Source: a virus (lineage: Duplodnaviria > Caudoviricetes). Taken from it: a stretch of 64,000 nt of DNA. The stretch lies in IMG/VR virus record IMGVR_UViG_3300028626_000002, positions 1 through 64,000 of that record; one strand, 5' to 3'. The translations under genes and the position numbers were made by a program. Below the pieces are notes generated by a model. It did no database searches. It saw only the letters and a list, made by a program, of their open reading frames with translations, and was not told the DNA's origin. Positions 47,147 through 56,583 of the stretch are shown piece after piece; position 1 is the first letter of the stretch, and each line of letters opens with the position of its first letter.

Positions 47147-47448
47147 AGGTGAAGCTGCGCTGCATGCACGACGGGGTGGAGCTGGCCGCTGCGAGGGTGG
47201 AGTTCAGCCCGCGGCCGCACGTCGTCCTTGAATTTACCCTCAAGGTCGGACGTGCGGCCGCAGGCACGCTCTACGTGGACTCCGCCAACATCAATCCGAT
47301 GCTCGCCGCGTCAGAACACGTCGCCGACTTGAATACGGCCCTCTCGGCCTTCAAGGACGCCATGGAGCGCATCTTCCTGAAGCATCAGGGCGTGATGACC
47401 GGTGCTCCCGATGTCGACGAGGAACCCCAGGACCCCATTGAGGTCTGA
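47128..47448 (+). CDS. Hypothetical protein
   Basis: GGAGG RBS, overlaps the previous gene. Confidence 0.65.
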   Translation: MAADDLKVKLRCMHDGVELAAARVEFSPRPHVVLEFTLKVGRAAAGTLYVDSANINPMLAASEHVADLNTALSAFKDAMERIFLKHQGVMTGAPDVDEEPQDPIEV

Positions 47449-47469
47449 AGGAACTTCCTGACGACCCCC

Positions 47470-47499
47470 TTGACAGGGTTTTGGGGGCTGTCCTACCCT
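47470..47499 (+). promoter_or_regulatory. Sigma70-like promoter TTGACA-N18-TACCCT
   Basis: Intergenic, upstream of the helicase-primase-polymerase operon. Confidence 0.6.
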
Positions 47500-47580
47500 C
47501 GGAGCATCCGGCCCAGGGACCCTCCCCTCGAGGATCTCTGGCCGCCCGAACTCGAATTGAGCCAGTCGAAGGAGTAGCGC

Positions 47581-48993
47581 ATGTCCAGGGAACTGGAGCT
47601 CGTCTCCCTTGTCCTGGAGACGGGGGACCTTACCCTCATCCGAGAGCACGGCATCACCCCTCAGAAGCTCGTTGGGTCTCCCGAGGCCCAGCTGGTTCTG
47701 CAGATGATCCTCGACTACGCGGCGGACCCGGCCCACGGCGGCCGGCCTCCGTCGCGGGTCACGGTGCAGCGCAGGCACAAGAACATCGAGCTGCCCCCAG
47801 TGGACGGCCTGGAGATGGTCGACCTCGTGACGAAGGTCGACTCCAACTACCTCGCATCCCGCGTCAATGCCATGCTGGCGCAGGCAAATTCCATCGCGCT
47901 GAAGCAGAACATCAAGCAGGCCGTCCAGTACATCGCCGCGGAGTCGGGGAAGCTCCTGCGGGAGGGGGGCACCAAGGAGGACATCATCTTCGAGGCTTCG
48001 GCCGAGCAGATGATCATGGACGAGTACGCTCGCATCCTCAGCACCGACGGTCTTCCCGGCATCCCGTGGCCATGGGACGTCCTCAACGAGAACACCCAGG
48101 GCGTGATGCCGGAGCAGTTCTACGTGTTCTACGGCCTCACCAAGGCCATGAAGACCTGGGTGGTGCTTGCCATCCTCGAGCACATCACCCGGGTGTCCGA
48201 CGCCAGAGTTCTGGTCTACATCAAGGAGATGCCCAAGCTGGAGATCATCCAGCGCCTCGCCCTGCTTCGGGCCAAGATCAACGACAAGAGGTTCAGCAAG
48301 GGCAAGCTGGAGCCGGAGGAGCTCGACAGGCTCCGCGACAGCATGTCCGACATGCGGAAGAAGTTCAGCGACGACCCGCGGAAGGGGCAGATCATCCTGG
48401 CAAGTACCAAGGAGCACCTCTCCGCGGAAGGCATTCGTGCGCTCATCCAGAAGTGGGGCGTGCAGGGGTTCTTCGCGGACTCCATGTACCTGATGGCCGA
48501 CGACAGAACGAAGGGCTCTCGTAGCACCACGTGGACGTCCGTCGGCAACGTGTCCGGAGACCTGCGGGACATCATCCAGCAGGAAGGCGTCTGGGGGATG
48601 GTCACGACTCAGGAGCACGAGCGCACGGGCAAGCAGCACGGGCGCTTCGGCACTGCGTCCGTCGGCTACGCCCACAAGATCATCGAGGACGCGACGATGT
48701 GCTTCCACATCTTCAAGTTCCTCGACCCCAAGACCAAGCTGCCCGAGATCGGGTTCGACTTCCCCGGCACCCGCCAGTTCGACATCCCGCAGTTCACCAT
48801 CCATGCCATCCCCGCGGAGAACTTCAGCTTCAAGCGGAAGGGCATGCGTAACCCGAAGGACGAGGAGGGTCAGGAGAAGGGAGTGCCGCAGGACATGTCC
48901 GGTCTGTCGTCGGACGAGTCCATCACCGACGGGCTGGACACGCAGGCCGCGTTCTTCCAGCTCGCGCAGACGGGCAGTAAGACGGTGAACTGA
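47581..48993 (+). CDS. dnaB: DnaB-like replicative helicase
   Basis: GIPWPW..LNE.T.G..P, Walker-A-like GLTKAMKT, KEMP, FFADSMYLM, I..DA; adjacent to primase. Confidence 0.8.
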   Translation: MSRELELVSLVLETGDLTLIREHGITPQKLVGSPEAQLVLQMILDYAADPAHGGRPPSRVTVQRRHKNIELPPVDGLEMVDLVTKVDSNYLASRVNAMLAQANSIALKQNIKQAVQYIAAESGKLLREGGTKEDIIFEASAEQMIMDEYARILSTDGLPGIPWPWDVLNENTQGVMPEQFYVFYGLTKAMKTWVVLAILEHITRVSDARVLVYIKEMPKLEIIQRLALLRAKINDKRFSKGKLEPEELDRLRDSMSDMRKKFSDDPRKGQIILASTKEHLSAEGIRALIQKWGVQGFFADSMYLMADDRTKGSRSTTWTSVGNVSGDLRDIIQQEGVWGMVTTQEHERTGKQHGRFGTASVGYAHKIIEDATMCFHIFKFLDPKTKLPEIGFDFPGTRQFDIPQFTIHAIPAENFSFKRKGMRNPKDEEGQEKGVPQDMSGLSSDESITDGLDTQAAFFQLAQTGSKTVN

Positions 48994-49937
48994 TGGCAGA
49001 TGTTGCCACTATCCTGCGGCGGCACATGCCCGGCCGCATCCCTGCAACGGCCAGGGGGACGGAGATGGACCTGTGCTGCCCGTTCCACAAGGGTGGGTTG
49101 GAGTCCCACCCATCGTTCCGCGTCAACGTGGTGACCGGCCTCTCCTGGTGCAACGTGTGCAAGGAGGGCTGGAACCTCAAGAGCCTGCTCATCGCGCTGG
49201 GTCTGTCGAGGGAAGAGGCCGAGGCGGAGGTTGACGGCGCGGAGCTGTCCGACCCCAACCTGACCGAGGTCGAGATCGAGTACCTGCCGAACGTCCTCCT
49301 GTCGGCGTACAGGAAGTGTCCGGTGGGCATGCTCAGGGCTGGCTTCAGCAAGGAGGTGCTACAGGACTACGAGATTGGCTGGGATCGCATCAACAAGCGC
49401 ATCGTGTTCCCCATCCGCGACCACATCGGCCGGCTGGTCGCGCTGCAGGGGAGAAACACCGTGGGCAAGGACCTGCGGTACGTCACTTACAAGGAGGAGT
49501 TGAAGGAGGTCGTCGGCCACGAGCTGATGCACGTGAAGGTCCATCACTTCCTCTGGGGGCTGGAGAGGCTCTACGCCACCGGCTTCTACGGGGGGCTGGA
49601 CTACCTGGTCCTGGTCGAGGGCATCAAGAAGGCCCTCTGGCTGAAGCAGTTCGGCTGGGACAACGTCGTCTCGCTGAACGGCTCCTACATGTCCGATGAG
49701 CAGCAGAAGCTCATCAGCAGGCTCAACATCGACAAGCTCGTCCTGATGCTCGACGGGGACAGCGCGGGCAAGTTGGGGATTGCACGGATCGCCGGCGTCT
49801 TCGGGGGGATTATCCCTCTGGCCATCCCGGCGTACCCCGAGGGCAAGACCCAGCCCGACGACCTGTCAGTGGACGAACTAGATGAAATGCTCTCTGCGGA
49901 GGGCAGGAGATGGCAAACATGGGAAACCCTGAACTGA
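48993..49937 (+). CDS. dnaG: DNA primase (CHC2 Zn finger plus Toprim)
   Basis: CPFH....HPSF...C..C; RIVFPI; LVEG; LDGDSAG. Confidence 0.92.
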   Translation: MADVATILRRHMPGRIPATARGTEMDLCCPFHKGGLESHPSFRVNVVTGLSWCNVCKEGWNLKSLLIALGLSREEAEAEVDGAELSDPNLTEVEIEYLPNVLLSAYRKCPVGMLRAGFSKEVLQDYEIGWDRINKRIVFPIRDHIGRLVALQGRNTVGKDLRYVTYKEELKEVVGHELMHVKVHHFLWGLERLYATGFYGGLDYLVLVEGIKKALWLKQFGWDNVVSLNGSYMSDEQQKLISRLNIDKLVLMLDGDSAGKLGIARIAGVFGGIIPLAIPAYPEGKTQPDDLSVDELDEMLSAEGRRWQTWETLN

Positions 49938-51094
49938 CCGACTACCACATCGAAGGTGTCGACGAGCCCGGGCTCGCTGGCATGGCCCAGGCGGAGGACG
50001 ACCGCCGCGCCGCCCTCTGGGCGAAGCGTGACCTGTTCCAGGAGTGGCGCCCGTCGTCCGAGCCCGAGACCGTCGTGTTCATCCCCGGGAAGTACGGGCC
50101 CAAGCAGCAGGACCCGGCGCACACGAACTTCTGCACGTTCGTCAAGACCGCCGGCAAGCGCCGGAACGGGGCCGTCGTGCACTGCCGCTGCCAGGGCGGG
50201 AAGCTGAAGGGCACGCCCTGCGTCATCTGCCACGAGGCGAAGAAGGACCTCGTGGTCAAGCAGGCCGCGTACGACAAGCTCAAGGCCGAGGGCCACGGCA
50301 AGGACGCCAAGCGCCCCCGGTCCATGCTCGAGGCCAGCGCCCACTACGCCTTCACGGTCGTCCGGCTGTCGTGGTTCCACAAGGTGGAGCACCCCGGCAA
50401 GGACGGCGGGCGCGGCTGGACCGACTACGAGCGGTGCCCGGAAGCCGACGAGATGGTGGCGCGGGACGCCACCGACTGCCCGCACTGCCTCAACGGCGTG
50501 CCCCGCGTGTTCGGGCAGCGCCGGTTCTTCAACGCGGGCTACGGCTACTACGAGGCGCTCCTGGACATCGAGCACGACGTGGGCAAGAAGTGCAAGACCT
50601 GCGGCGGCCAGATCATCGTCCAGAAGTACCTCTGCCGGCACTGCCACGCCGAAGGGAAGATGACGGTGCTGATGGACCCCAAGACCTCCGGGATGAAGGC
50701 CGAGGACAAGGCCAAGTTCTGGAAGACCCGGGTCCGCTGCGCCGTGTGCGACCGCGAGGCGAAGCCCCTCGAGGTCATCAAGTGCAAGGACAACTGCGGG
50801 CAGCCCCGCAGGCGCAAGCTCTGGGACGTGTGGCTCACCGTGCACCGCCAGGGCGGCGAGAAGACCTCCACCATCGTGAAGGACGCCGAGTTCGAGGCCC
50901 CCGCCGAGTACCCCGAGAACATCGCCAAGCTCATGAAGCCCTACGACTTCGAGCGGATGTTCCAGGTCACCTGCGAGGAGCAGGCCGAGCAGCTCCACTG
51001 CCCGAACCCCTTCGACGGGTCCGGCACGGAGGAGCCCCCGGTCGAGTCCACGACGAGCGCGCCCAACGGCACGACGGAGGCGGTCGACTACTAG
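49910..51094 (+). CDS. Putative ssDNA-binding protein with multiple Zn ribbons
   Basis: Between primase and polymerase; several CxxC pairs; acidic C-terminal tail ending in an aromatic residue. Confidence 0.5.
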   Translation: MANMGNPELTDYHIEGVDEPGLAGMAQAEDDRRAALWAKRDLFQEWRPSSEPETVVFIPGKYGPKQQDPAHTNFCTFVKTAGKRRNGAVVHCRCQGGKLKGTPCVICHEAKKDLVVKQAAYDKLKAEGHGKDAKRPRSMLEASAHYAFTVVRLSWFHKVEHPGKDGGRGWTDYERCPEADEMVARDATDCPHCLNGVPRVFGQRRFFNAGYGYYEALLDIEHDVGKKCKTCGGQIIVQKYLCRHCHAEGKMTVLMDPKTSGMKAEDKAKFWKTRVRCAVCDREAKPLEVIKCKDNCGQPRRRKLWDVWLTVHRQGGEKTSTIVKDAEFEAPAEYPENIAKLMKPYDFERMFQVTCEEQAEQLHCPNPFDGSGTEEPPVESTTSAPNGTTEAVDY

Positions 51095-51116
51095 GGGCTG
51101 AGCTGCGGGGGTTCCG

Positions 51117-53060
51117 ATGTCGTCCTACCCCATGGAGTGGGTCTCCGTGCCGCGTCCGCGGTGGGTGGAGACCCCGACTCAAGCGTACGAGCTGCTCGGC
51201 TACCTGAGCGACTCGGACAGCATGCCCGTTGCGGTTGACACCGAGACCAACGGGCTGGACCGCAGCCAGTCGGTGGTGCAGTGCTGGTCGCTGTCGGACG
51301 GTCGCCGACGGTACGTTCTCACCCGGGAGATGCTGCCGCTGTTCGAGCGGTGGTTCCAGGAGACCAAGTCGCCACTCGTGTTCCACAACGCGAACTTCGA
51401 CACCGCCATGCTTCTGAACAGCGGCGTCGACCTCCAGGTGCGCAAGCGCATGGGGCGCCGCGTGGACACGATGGTGATGCACCACTGGATCGACCAGAAC
51501 CTCCCCCATGACCTCGAGTGGGTTGCCGACCATGAGCTGGGCCTCTGGAAGGTCGGCTACACGGACACCTTCGGCAAGGAAAAGCGGAGGAAGGGGGAGG
51601 CTGCCAAGGCCCCGATCATCGACCCGCTGCTGTTCGGTGACACCTCCTACAGGGACAAGGTCGCGGAGTACGCGTCGTGGGACGCCTACCTCACGTACCT
51701 CGCCTGGATGAAGTTCGACAGCGTCCTCAAGGACAAGGGCCTGTGGAACGCCTACTACGGCTACGAGACCAGGTTTCAGGACGCCGTGTACATCATGGAG
51801 CGCAACGGGATCCTGGTCGACAAGGAGCGGTTGGCGAGCTACGTGCCCCTGTACGAGGGGATGCTGGAGGAGATCCAGTCCAGGTTCAACGAGGAGGCCG
51901 GGTTCCACGTGAACCTCGAGTCTCCTCTGCAGCTCCGCACCTTCTTCTACGAGGTGCTGGGGCTGCAGCCCCCGCGGCTGCCCCGCAAGAAGGGCGGCAC
52001 CAAGGGGCTGTCGACGGCAGCCGCCGTACTCGATGTCTGGGCGAAGGAGGGCAACAAGTTCGCCCAGATGCTGCTGCGTCACCGCAACCTGAGTCAGCAG
52101 CACGAGACGTACGTCACCGGCCTGCTCAAGCGCGTGCACGGCGTCACCGGCCGCCTCTACACGGACTACACCCTGGACGTGGCGGACACCGGGCGCCTGT
52201 CTTCCAAGAACCCGAACCTCCAGAACATCGTCAACGACGACAAGATTCTCCCGGAGCTGAAGGCCCGGGGCGTGTCGTTCCGCGACGTGTTCGTGGCCCC
52301 CGAGGGCTACGAGTTCTGGGACTTCGACTACAGCCAGCTGGAGATGTGCATCGGTGCGCACTTCAGCCAGGAGCCGAAGCTCATCAACGCCATCCGTAGC
52401 GGGATGGACCTCCACAGCCTCACCGCGGCCGGTCTGCTGGGCGTGCCCTACGAGGCCGTGCTGGCGGCCAAGAAGAAGTCCGAGGACAAGGACGCGGTGC
52501 TCACCGACGCTGAGGTCAAGTACCTGAAGGCCAGGAAGGTGGCCAAGGTCGTCAACTTCGGCGTGCTGTACGGCGAGGGGCCCCAGGGCCTTGCCCACAG
52601 TGCCGGCATCTCGGAGCAGGAGGCCGAGGCCTACATCAAGCGCTTCTTCGACACCTACCCTGGAGTGCTCCACTACACCGAGGAGATGAAGAAGCAGGTC
52701 TTCCACAAGGGGTACGTGATGACCTTGCTGGGCCGCCGCCGCATCATCGAGGGCGGGCGCAGCCTGGACCGCAACACCCGCGGCTCCGCGGAACGCGCGG
52801 CCATCAACACCCCCATCCAGGGCACCGCGTCGGACATCCTGCGCCGGGCCATGATTCCGCTGGCGAACGACAGGCTGCTGGAAGCCAACAACGTCAGGGT
52901 CTGCCTGCAGGTGCACGACGAGCTGCTCTTCGAGGTCCCCAAGGGTACGGACCCTCGGGTGATCAAGCACATCCAGGACACCATGTCGAACTGCGTCCAG
53001 TTGCGCGTCCCGCTGCGGGCAGAGGGCCACTGCGGGCCCACGTGGGCGAGTGCCAAGTGA
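51117..53060 (+). CDS. polA: Family A DNA polymerase with 3'-5' exonuclease
   Basis: DTET, HNANFD, YA..DA; TGRLSS.NPNLQNI, DYSQLE, R..AK.VNFG.LYG, NTPIQGTASD, VHDEL. Confidence 0.97.
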   Translation: MSSYPMEWVSVPRPRWVETPTQAYELLGYLSDSDSMPVAVDTETNGLDRSQSVVQCWSLSDGRRRYVLTREMLPLFERWFQETKSPLVFHNANFDTAMLLNSGVDLQVRKRMGRRVDTMVMHHWIDQNLPHDLEWVADHELGLWKVGYTDTFGKEKRRKGEAAKAPIIDPLLFGDTSYRDKVAEYASWDAYLTYLAWMKFDSVLKDKGLWNAYYGYETRFQDAVYIMERNGILVDKERLASYVPLYEGMLEEIQSRFNEEAGFHVNLESPLQLRTFFYEVLGLQPPRLPRKKGGTKGLSTAAAVLDVWAKEGNKFAQMLLRHRNLSQQHETYVTGLLKRVHGVTGRLYTDYTLDVADTGRLSSKNPNLQNIVNDDKILPELKARGVSFRDVFVAPEGYEFWDFDYSQLEMCIGAHFSQEPKLINAIRSGMDLHSLTAAGLLGVPYEAVLAAKKKSEDKDAVLTDAEVKYLKARKVAKVVNFGVLYGEGPQGLAHSAGISEQEAEAYIKRFFDTYPGVLHYTEEMKKQVFHKGYVMTLLGRRRIIEGGRSLDRNTRGSAERAAINTPIQGTASDILRRAMIPLANDRLLEANNVRVCLQVHDELLFEVPKGTDPRVIKHIQDTMSNCVQLRVPLRAEGHCGPTWASAK

Positions 53061-53068
53061 AGGAAAAG

Positions 53069-53320
53069 ATGGAAAACGCGAAGAACAACGACGAAGCTGC
53101 CCGCGAGTGGGACGTCCTCTGCGAGGTGCTGCGAGACCAGGACCCGAAGGAGGCCGCCCACGCTCTGGACGTCCGCATGAGCGACGCCGGCATGGCTGCT
53201 ATCATGGGCATGTCGGTGGCGATGCTGCTGGTGGCCGTGAAGGAGAAGCGCGGAGCTCTGCTGGGCATGCTCAAGCAGTTCTACGTCACGGCCTACGAGG
53301 AGATGGACAGCTTCCCGTAG
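53069..53320 (+). CDS. Hypothetical protein
   Basis: AAGGA RBS, ~83 aa. Confidence 0.6.
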   Translation: MENAKNNDEAAREWDVLCEVLRDQDPKEAAHALDVRMSDAGMAAIMGMSVAMLLVAVKEKRGALLGMLKQFYVTAYEEMDSFP

Positions 53321-53334
53321 GCGAGGAGGAGACC

Positions 53335-53514
53335 ATGGAGAAGTACGGCGTGAGCACCGATCCCGGGGACCTGACGAAGCAGGGCTCCGAGGGCGTCGTG
53401 TGTCCCAGGTGCGGGGCCAAGGCGGAGAAGCACGGCGACGTCTACAAGTGCCCGACGCATGGCACCGAGCCGTTTGAGAGGAGGCAGCATGGCGAAGCCG
53501 AAGGCTCCAAGTGA
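53335..53514 (+). CDS. Small Zn-ribbon protein
   Basis: MEKYGV...CPRCG...CPTHGTEPFE; GAGGAGG RBS. Confidence 0.7.
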   Translation: MEKYGVSTDPGDLTKQGSEGVVCPRCGAKAEKHGDVYKCPTHGTEPFERRQHGEAEGSK

Positions 53515-54661
53515 CCGTGCCGCCAAGGTGATGGAGGAGCTGAACGCCAAGTACGGCGGGAAGGCCGTCATCGTCCCGGCGCGGCAGATCAACACCTGCG
53601 ATGACCTGCGGCGGCCGACGGGCATCACCTCGCTCGACCTGGCTCTCGGGGGCGGTCCGCAGGGCGGCCGGCTCGTCGTCATCTCCGGGGAGGCGGGGCT
53701 GGGCAAGGACTACCTGCTCGACCGCATCATGGCCAACATCCAGACCAACTACGGGGAGGATACCCGCATCTGCCTGGCGTCGTTCGGGGCCGAGCACGAC
53801 GCGCTCTTCGCACAGTCGAACGGCGTGGCGTTCCCGATCTCGGACGACGCCCTGGCACGGCTGGAGAAGGACTCCATCGACCGCGGGGATGGTCCGCTGC
53901 CTCCGGAGATGAAGGCGGCCCTGCAGTACGAGATCGGCAAGATCATCACGCCGGTGGTGAACTACGACGACCCGGAGGTCGCCAAGAACCCTGCCGGCTG
54001 GCTCGCCAAGGTCCTGCTCGACGTGGTCAAGTCGGGCGTCTTCCAGCTCGTCGTCCTCAACGAGGTGGGCGGGCAGACGTCCAAGGACCGGGCCGCGCGG
54101 GAACTCGACGGCGAGGATAAGAAGCAGGTGGGCGAGGTCGCCAAGTTCTACGACGACTTCATGGCCAGGTACTGCCTGTACATGAAGCAGTCGACCGTGG
54201 AGGCGGCGAACGAGACGACCCTCATCTTCCTGTCCCAGGTGCGCATCACGAACATCGGCCCCGGGCGCAACCCGTTCTTGGCGTCTGTGGGCGGCAACCA
54301 CCTGAAGCACGTCAAGAGCATCGAGCTGATGCTGTCGTCGGGCGGGCCGGTGGAGCGCTCCGGTGAGATCGTCGGCAAGACCATCAAGTGGAAGGTCGTG
54401 AAGGGAAAGCACGGCATCCACGACGGCGAGACCGGCGAGTACGACTACTTCAATGGCCTGGGCGTCGACCTCGCCGACGACACGGTGAAGACCGCGGTGA
54501 AGATGGGGGTCGTCGCGAAGGATCCGCCGTGGTTCACGTGGCGGAACCTCCACATCAAGGGCCTGGCGAACTTCCAGAAGAAGGTGTCCGACGACAACCT
54601 TCTCGACCGTCTCAGGGCCGACGTCTTCAACAAGGCCGGCCTGATGTTCCGCGTGAGGTGA
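53489..54661 (+). CDS. RecA/UvsX-like recombinase (divergent Walker motifs)
   Basis: TGITSLDLALGGG..GR.V.I.G..GLGKD; IFLSQVR; GGN.LKH; K.KVVK.K. Confidence 0.88.
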   Translation: MAKPKAPSDRAAKVMEELNAKYGGKAVIVPARQINTCDDLRRPTGITSLDLALGGGPQGGRLVVISGEAGLGKDYLLDRIMANIQTNYGEDTRICLASFGAEHDALFAQSNGVAFPISDDALARLEKDSIDRGDGPLPPEMKAALQYEIGKIITPVVNYDDPEVAKNPAGWLAKVLLDVVKSGVFQLVVLNEVGGQTSKDRAARELDGEDKKQVGEVAKFYDDFMARYCLYMKQSTVEAANETTLIFLSQVRITNIGPGRNPFLASVGGNHLKHVKSIELMLSSGGPVERSGEIVGKTIKWKVVKGKHGIHDGETGEYDYFNGLGVDLADDTVKTAVKMGVVAKDPPWFTWRNLHIKGLANFQKKVSDDNLLDRLRADVFNKAGLMFRVR

Positions 54662-54663
54662 AG

Positions 54664-55494
54664 ATGGACTCCACCAAGTTCGAACGTCTCGTGCCCGGGT
54701 TCCTCGATACGCTGCCGGAGAAGGTGGCCCAGATCGAGGCCCAGGCCGACCTGAGTCACGTCCGCGATGTGGTGGACGACCTCTACAAGCACCTGCGCTC
54801 CATGGAGGGCAAGACCTCGATGAGCCGCTCGCGGGGGTACTACCACCCTTCGTCCGTGGCCAGCGAGTACTTCTGCCCCTTCGAGGCAGTGCAGGCCCGC
54901 CTGAAGAGGCCCCTTGCTGACAACAAGGACCCGCGTGGCAGGCTCATCGTGACCGAGGGCAGCGCCCTCCACGACATCCTCCAGGGGTACCACAGGGCCA
55001 TCTACGGGGACGCCTTCCAGCCGGAAGTGCCGACCAAGGACGAGACCCTGCACATGGCCGGCAGCTGCGACGGGGTACTCACCGTCGAGCAGCCGTTCCG
55101 CATGGTCATCGAGTACAAGAGCATCAGCTCCACCACCGGGCTCCCGGCGATGGGGAAGCTGGCGCACGTCCTGCAGGCGCACTGCTACGAGTTCATGCTC
55201 GGCATCGGCGCCGGCATGGTGGTGTACTGGGACAAGTCCACGAACAACATCGTCGGATTCCCGCACGTGTTCGACTTCCAGAGGTTCCAGGCGGTGATCG
55301 ACCGGATCCTGATGATGGAAGCGTGCGTGCAGGAGAACCGGATGCCCACGCCGAAGCCCCACGCGTTCTGCTCGGGGTGCTCGGCGCGGGACATCTGCCC
55401 CTCGTGGGCGGACAAGGTGGCTCGTCGCGGTGGCGGCGCTCGCATCCACGAGCCCTACGACCACCACGCGTCCATCGCGGAGGACCTGGCATGA
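54664..55494 (+). CDS. Cas4-like PD-(D/E)XK exonuclease
   Basis: HPSS....CP, G.ALH, GSCDG, IEYKS, Q..CY, C..C.....C (4-Cys Fe-S pattern). Confidence 0.85.
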   Translation: MDSTKFERLVPGFLDTLPEKVAQIEAQADLSHVRDVVDDLYKHLRSMEGKTSMSRSRGYYHPSSVASEYFCPFEAVQARLKRPLADNKDPRGRLIVTEGSALHDILQGYHRAIYGDAFQPEVPTKDETLHMAGSCDGVLTVEQPFRMVIEYKSISSTTGLPAMGKLAHVLQAHCYEFMLGIGAGMVVYWDKSTNNIVGFPHVFDFQRFQAVIDRILMMEACVQENRMPTPKPHAFCSGCSARDICPSWADKVARRGGGARIHEPYDHHASIAEDLA

Positions 55495-56042
55495 GCAAGT
55501 CCGCGGAGATCGTGAACCTGGACGAGGGTCTCGACCTGTACGACGACACCCGCGTCTGGAAGGACCTGACGGACCTGCTCTGGAGGCCCGCACCACCCCC
55601 GCTCTACCCCGGGCAGACCGAGGACGACGCGGGTGACCCCGAACTGCCCTCCAACCTCGACCTCATGTGGGTCGACGACCTGCGGAAGGTCCAGAAGGAC
55701 TTCGGCCGCTGGCTGGGGTACCGCAGCGACCAGAAGACGCTCCTGATGACCACGTCGGTCAAGCTGAAGGCCCAGCTGGACTTCGTCGAGAACCTCCTCT
55801 ACACGCAGGTCTACGTCAAGGGCTCCCAGAAGGCACGGGAGGCTGCACTCCGCACCGACCGCGCCTACGTGGAGGTGCACAACAACTACATCGACACGAA
55901 GGCTCTGCTGGCGGCCATCAACAACCGCATCGACACCCTGACCCGGCATCTGGACATCGTGTCGAGGCAGATCACGGTGGTGATGGGGAACCCGGAGAAC
56001 GACCCCATTCCGAGGAGCACCCACCATGGCGAAGAGGACTGA
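55491..56042 (+). CDS. UvsY-like recombination mediator (putative)
   Basis: Helical protein with D..Y and ..SRQIT end-motif, downstream of recombinase and exonuclease. Confidence 0.5.
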   Translation: MSKSAEIVNLDEGLDLYDDTRVWKDLTDLLWRPAPPPLYPGQTEDDAGDPELPSNLDLMWVDDLRKVQKDFGRWLGYRSDQKTLLMTTSVKLKAQLDFVENLLYTQVYVKGSQKAREAALRTDRAYVEVHNNYIDTKALLAAINNRIDTLTRHLDIVSRQITVVMGNPENDPIPRSTHHGEED

Positions 56043-56583
56043 CCAGGTATCACCGGACCCCGACTCCTCGGGCATCACGGTCCGGCTGGACGTGGAGTCG
56101 CCCCCGGAGCCGAAGAAGAAGCGCGCCAAGGCCAAGAAGGAGCCCAAGCGCGTCGTCCTGTCGTCCGCCGAGGAGGCGGACCTCAAGTACGAACAGCTGC
56201 TCCAGGTGATGAACCACTCGGAGCTGGTCGAGGCCTGTCGCCTCGCCGGCCTCAAGGCCGACAGGACCATGGAGCAGTCCGTCCTTCGGGAGGCGCTGCG
56301 GACGGGAGTGCTCGTCTACGACAAGCCGTCGTCCGTCTGGAGGATGCGTGACCAGCTGCAGGAGTATCTGGACGCGCACCCGAAGGTCCCGGTCAACCCG
56401 AAGGTCTGCCCGAAGGATTGCTCGCAACACCCCGACCTCATCGTGATGCAGTGTCACCGCAGCATGGTGACCGTCATCGCGTCGTCGAGGTCTACGGACG
56501 TGCGGAAGAACGCGTTGGAACGCTCCAGTCACATGGGGCCGAAGAAGGGCCGCGGGCCCAAGGAAGAAGGAGAAGACAGATGA
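56026..56583 (+). CDS. Hypothetical protein
   Basis: 185 aa, GAGGAG RBS, C...C..H.......C cluster. Confidence 0.7.
   Translation: MAKRTDQVSPDPDSSGITVRLDVESPPEPKKKRAKAKKEPKRVVLSSAEEADLKYEQLLQVMNHSELVEACRLAGLKADRTMEQSVLREALRTGVLVYDKPSSVWRMRDQLQEYLDAHPKVPVNPKVCPKDCSQHPDLIVMQCHRSMVTVIASSRSTDVRKNALERSSHMGPKKGRGPKEEGEDR

Noticed and set aside
51117-53060. Intein or modified-base (DpoZ-type) polymerase
   Set aside because: Normal length with canonical PolA motifs; no purZ or base-modification genes in the window.
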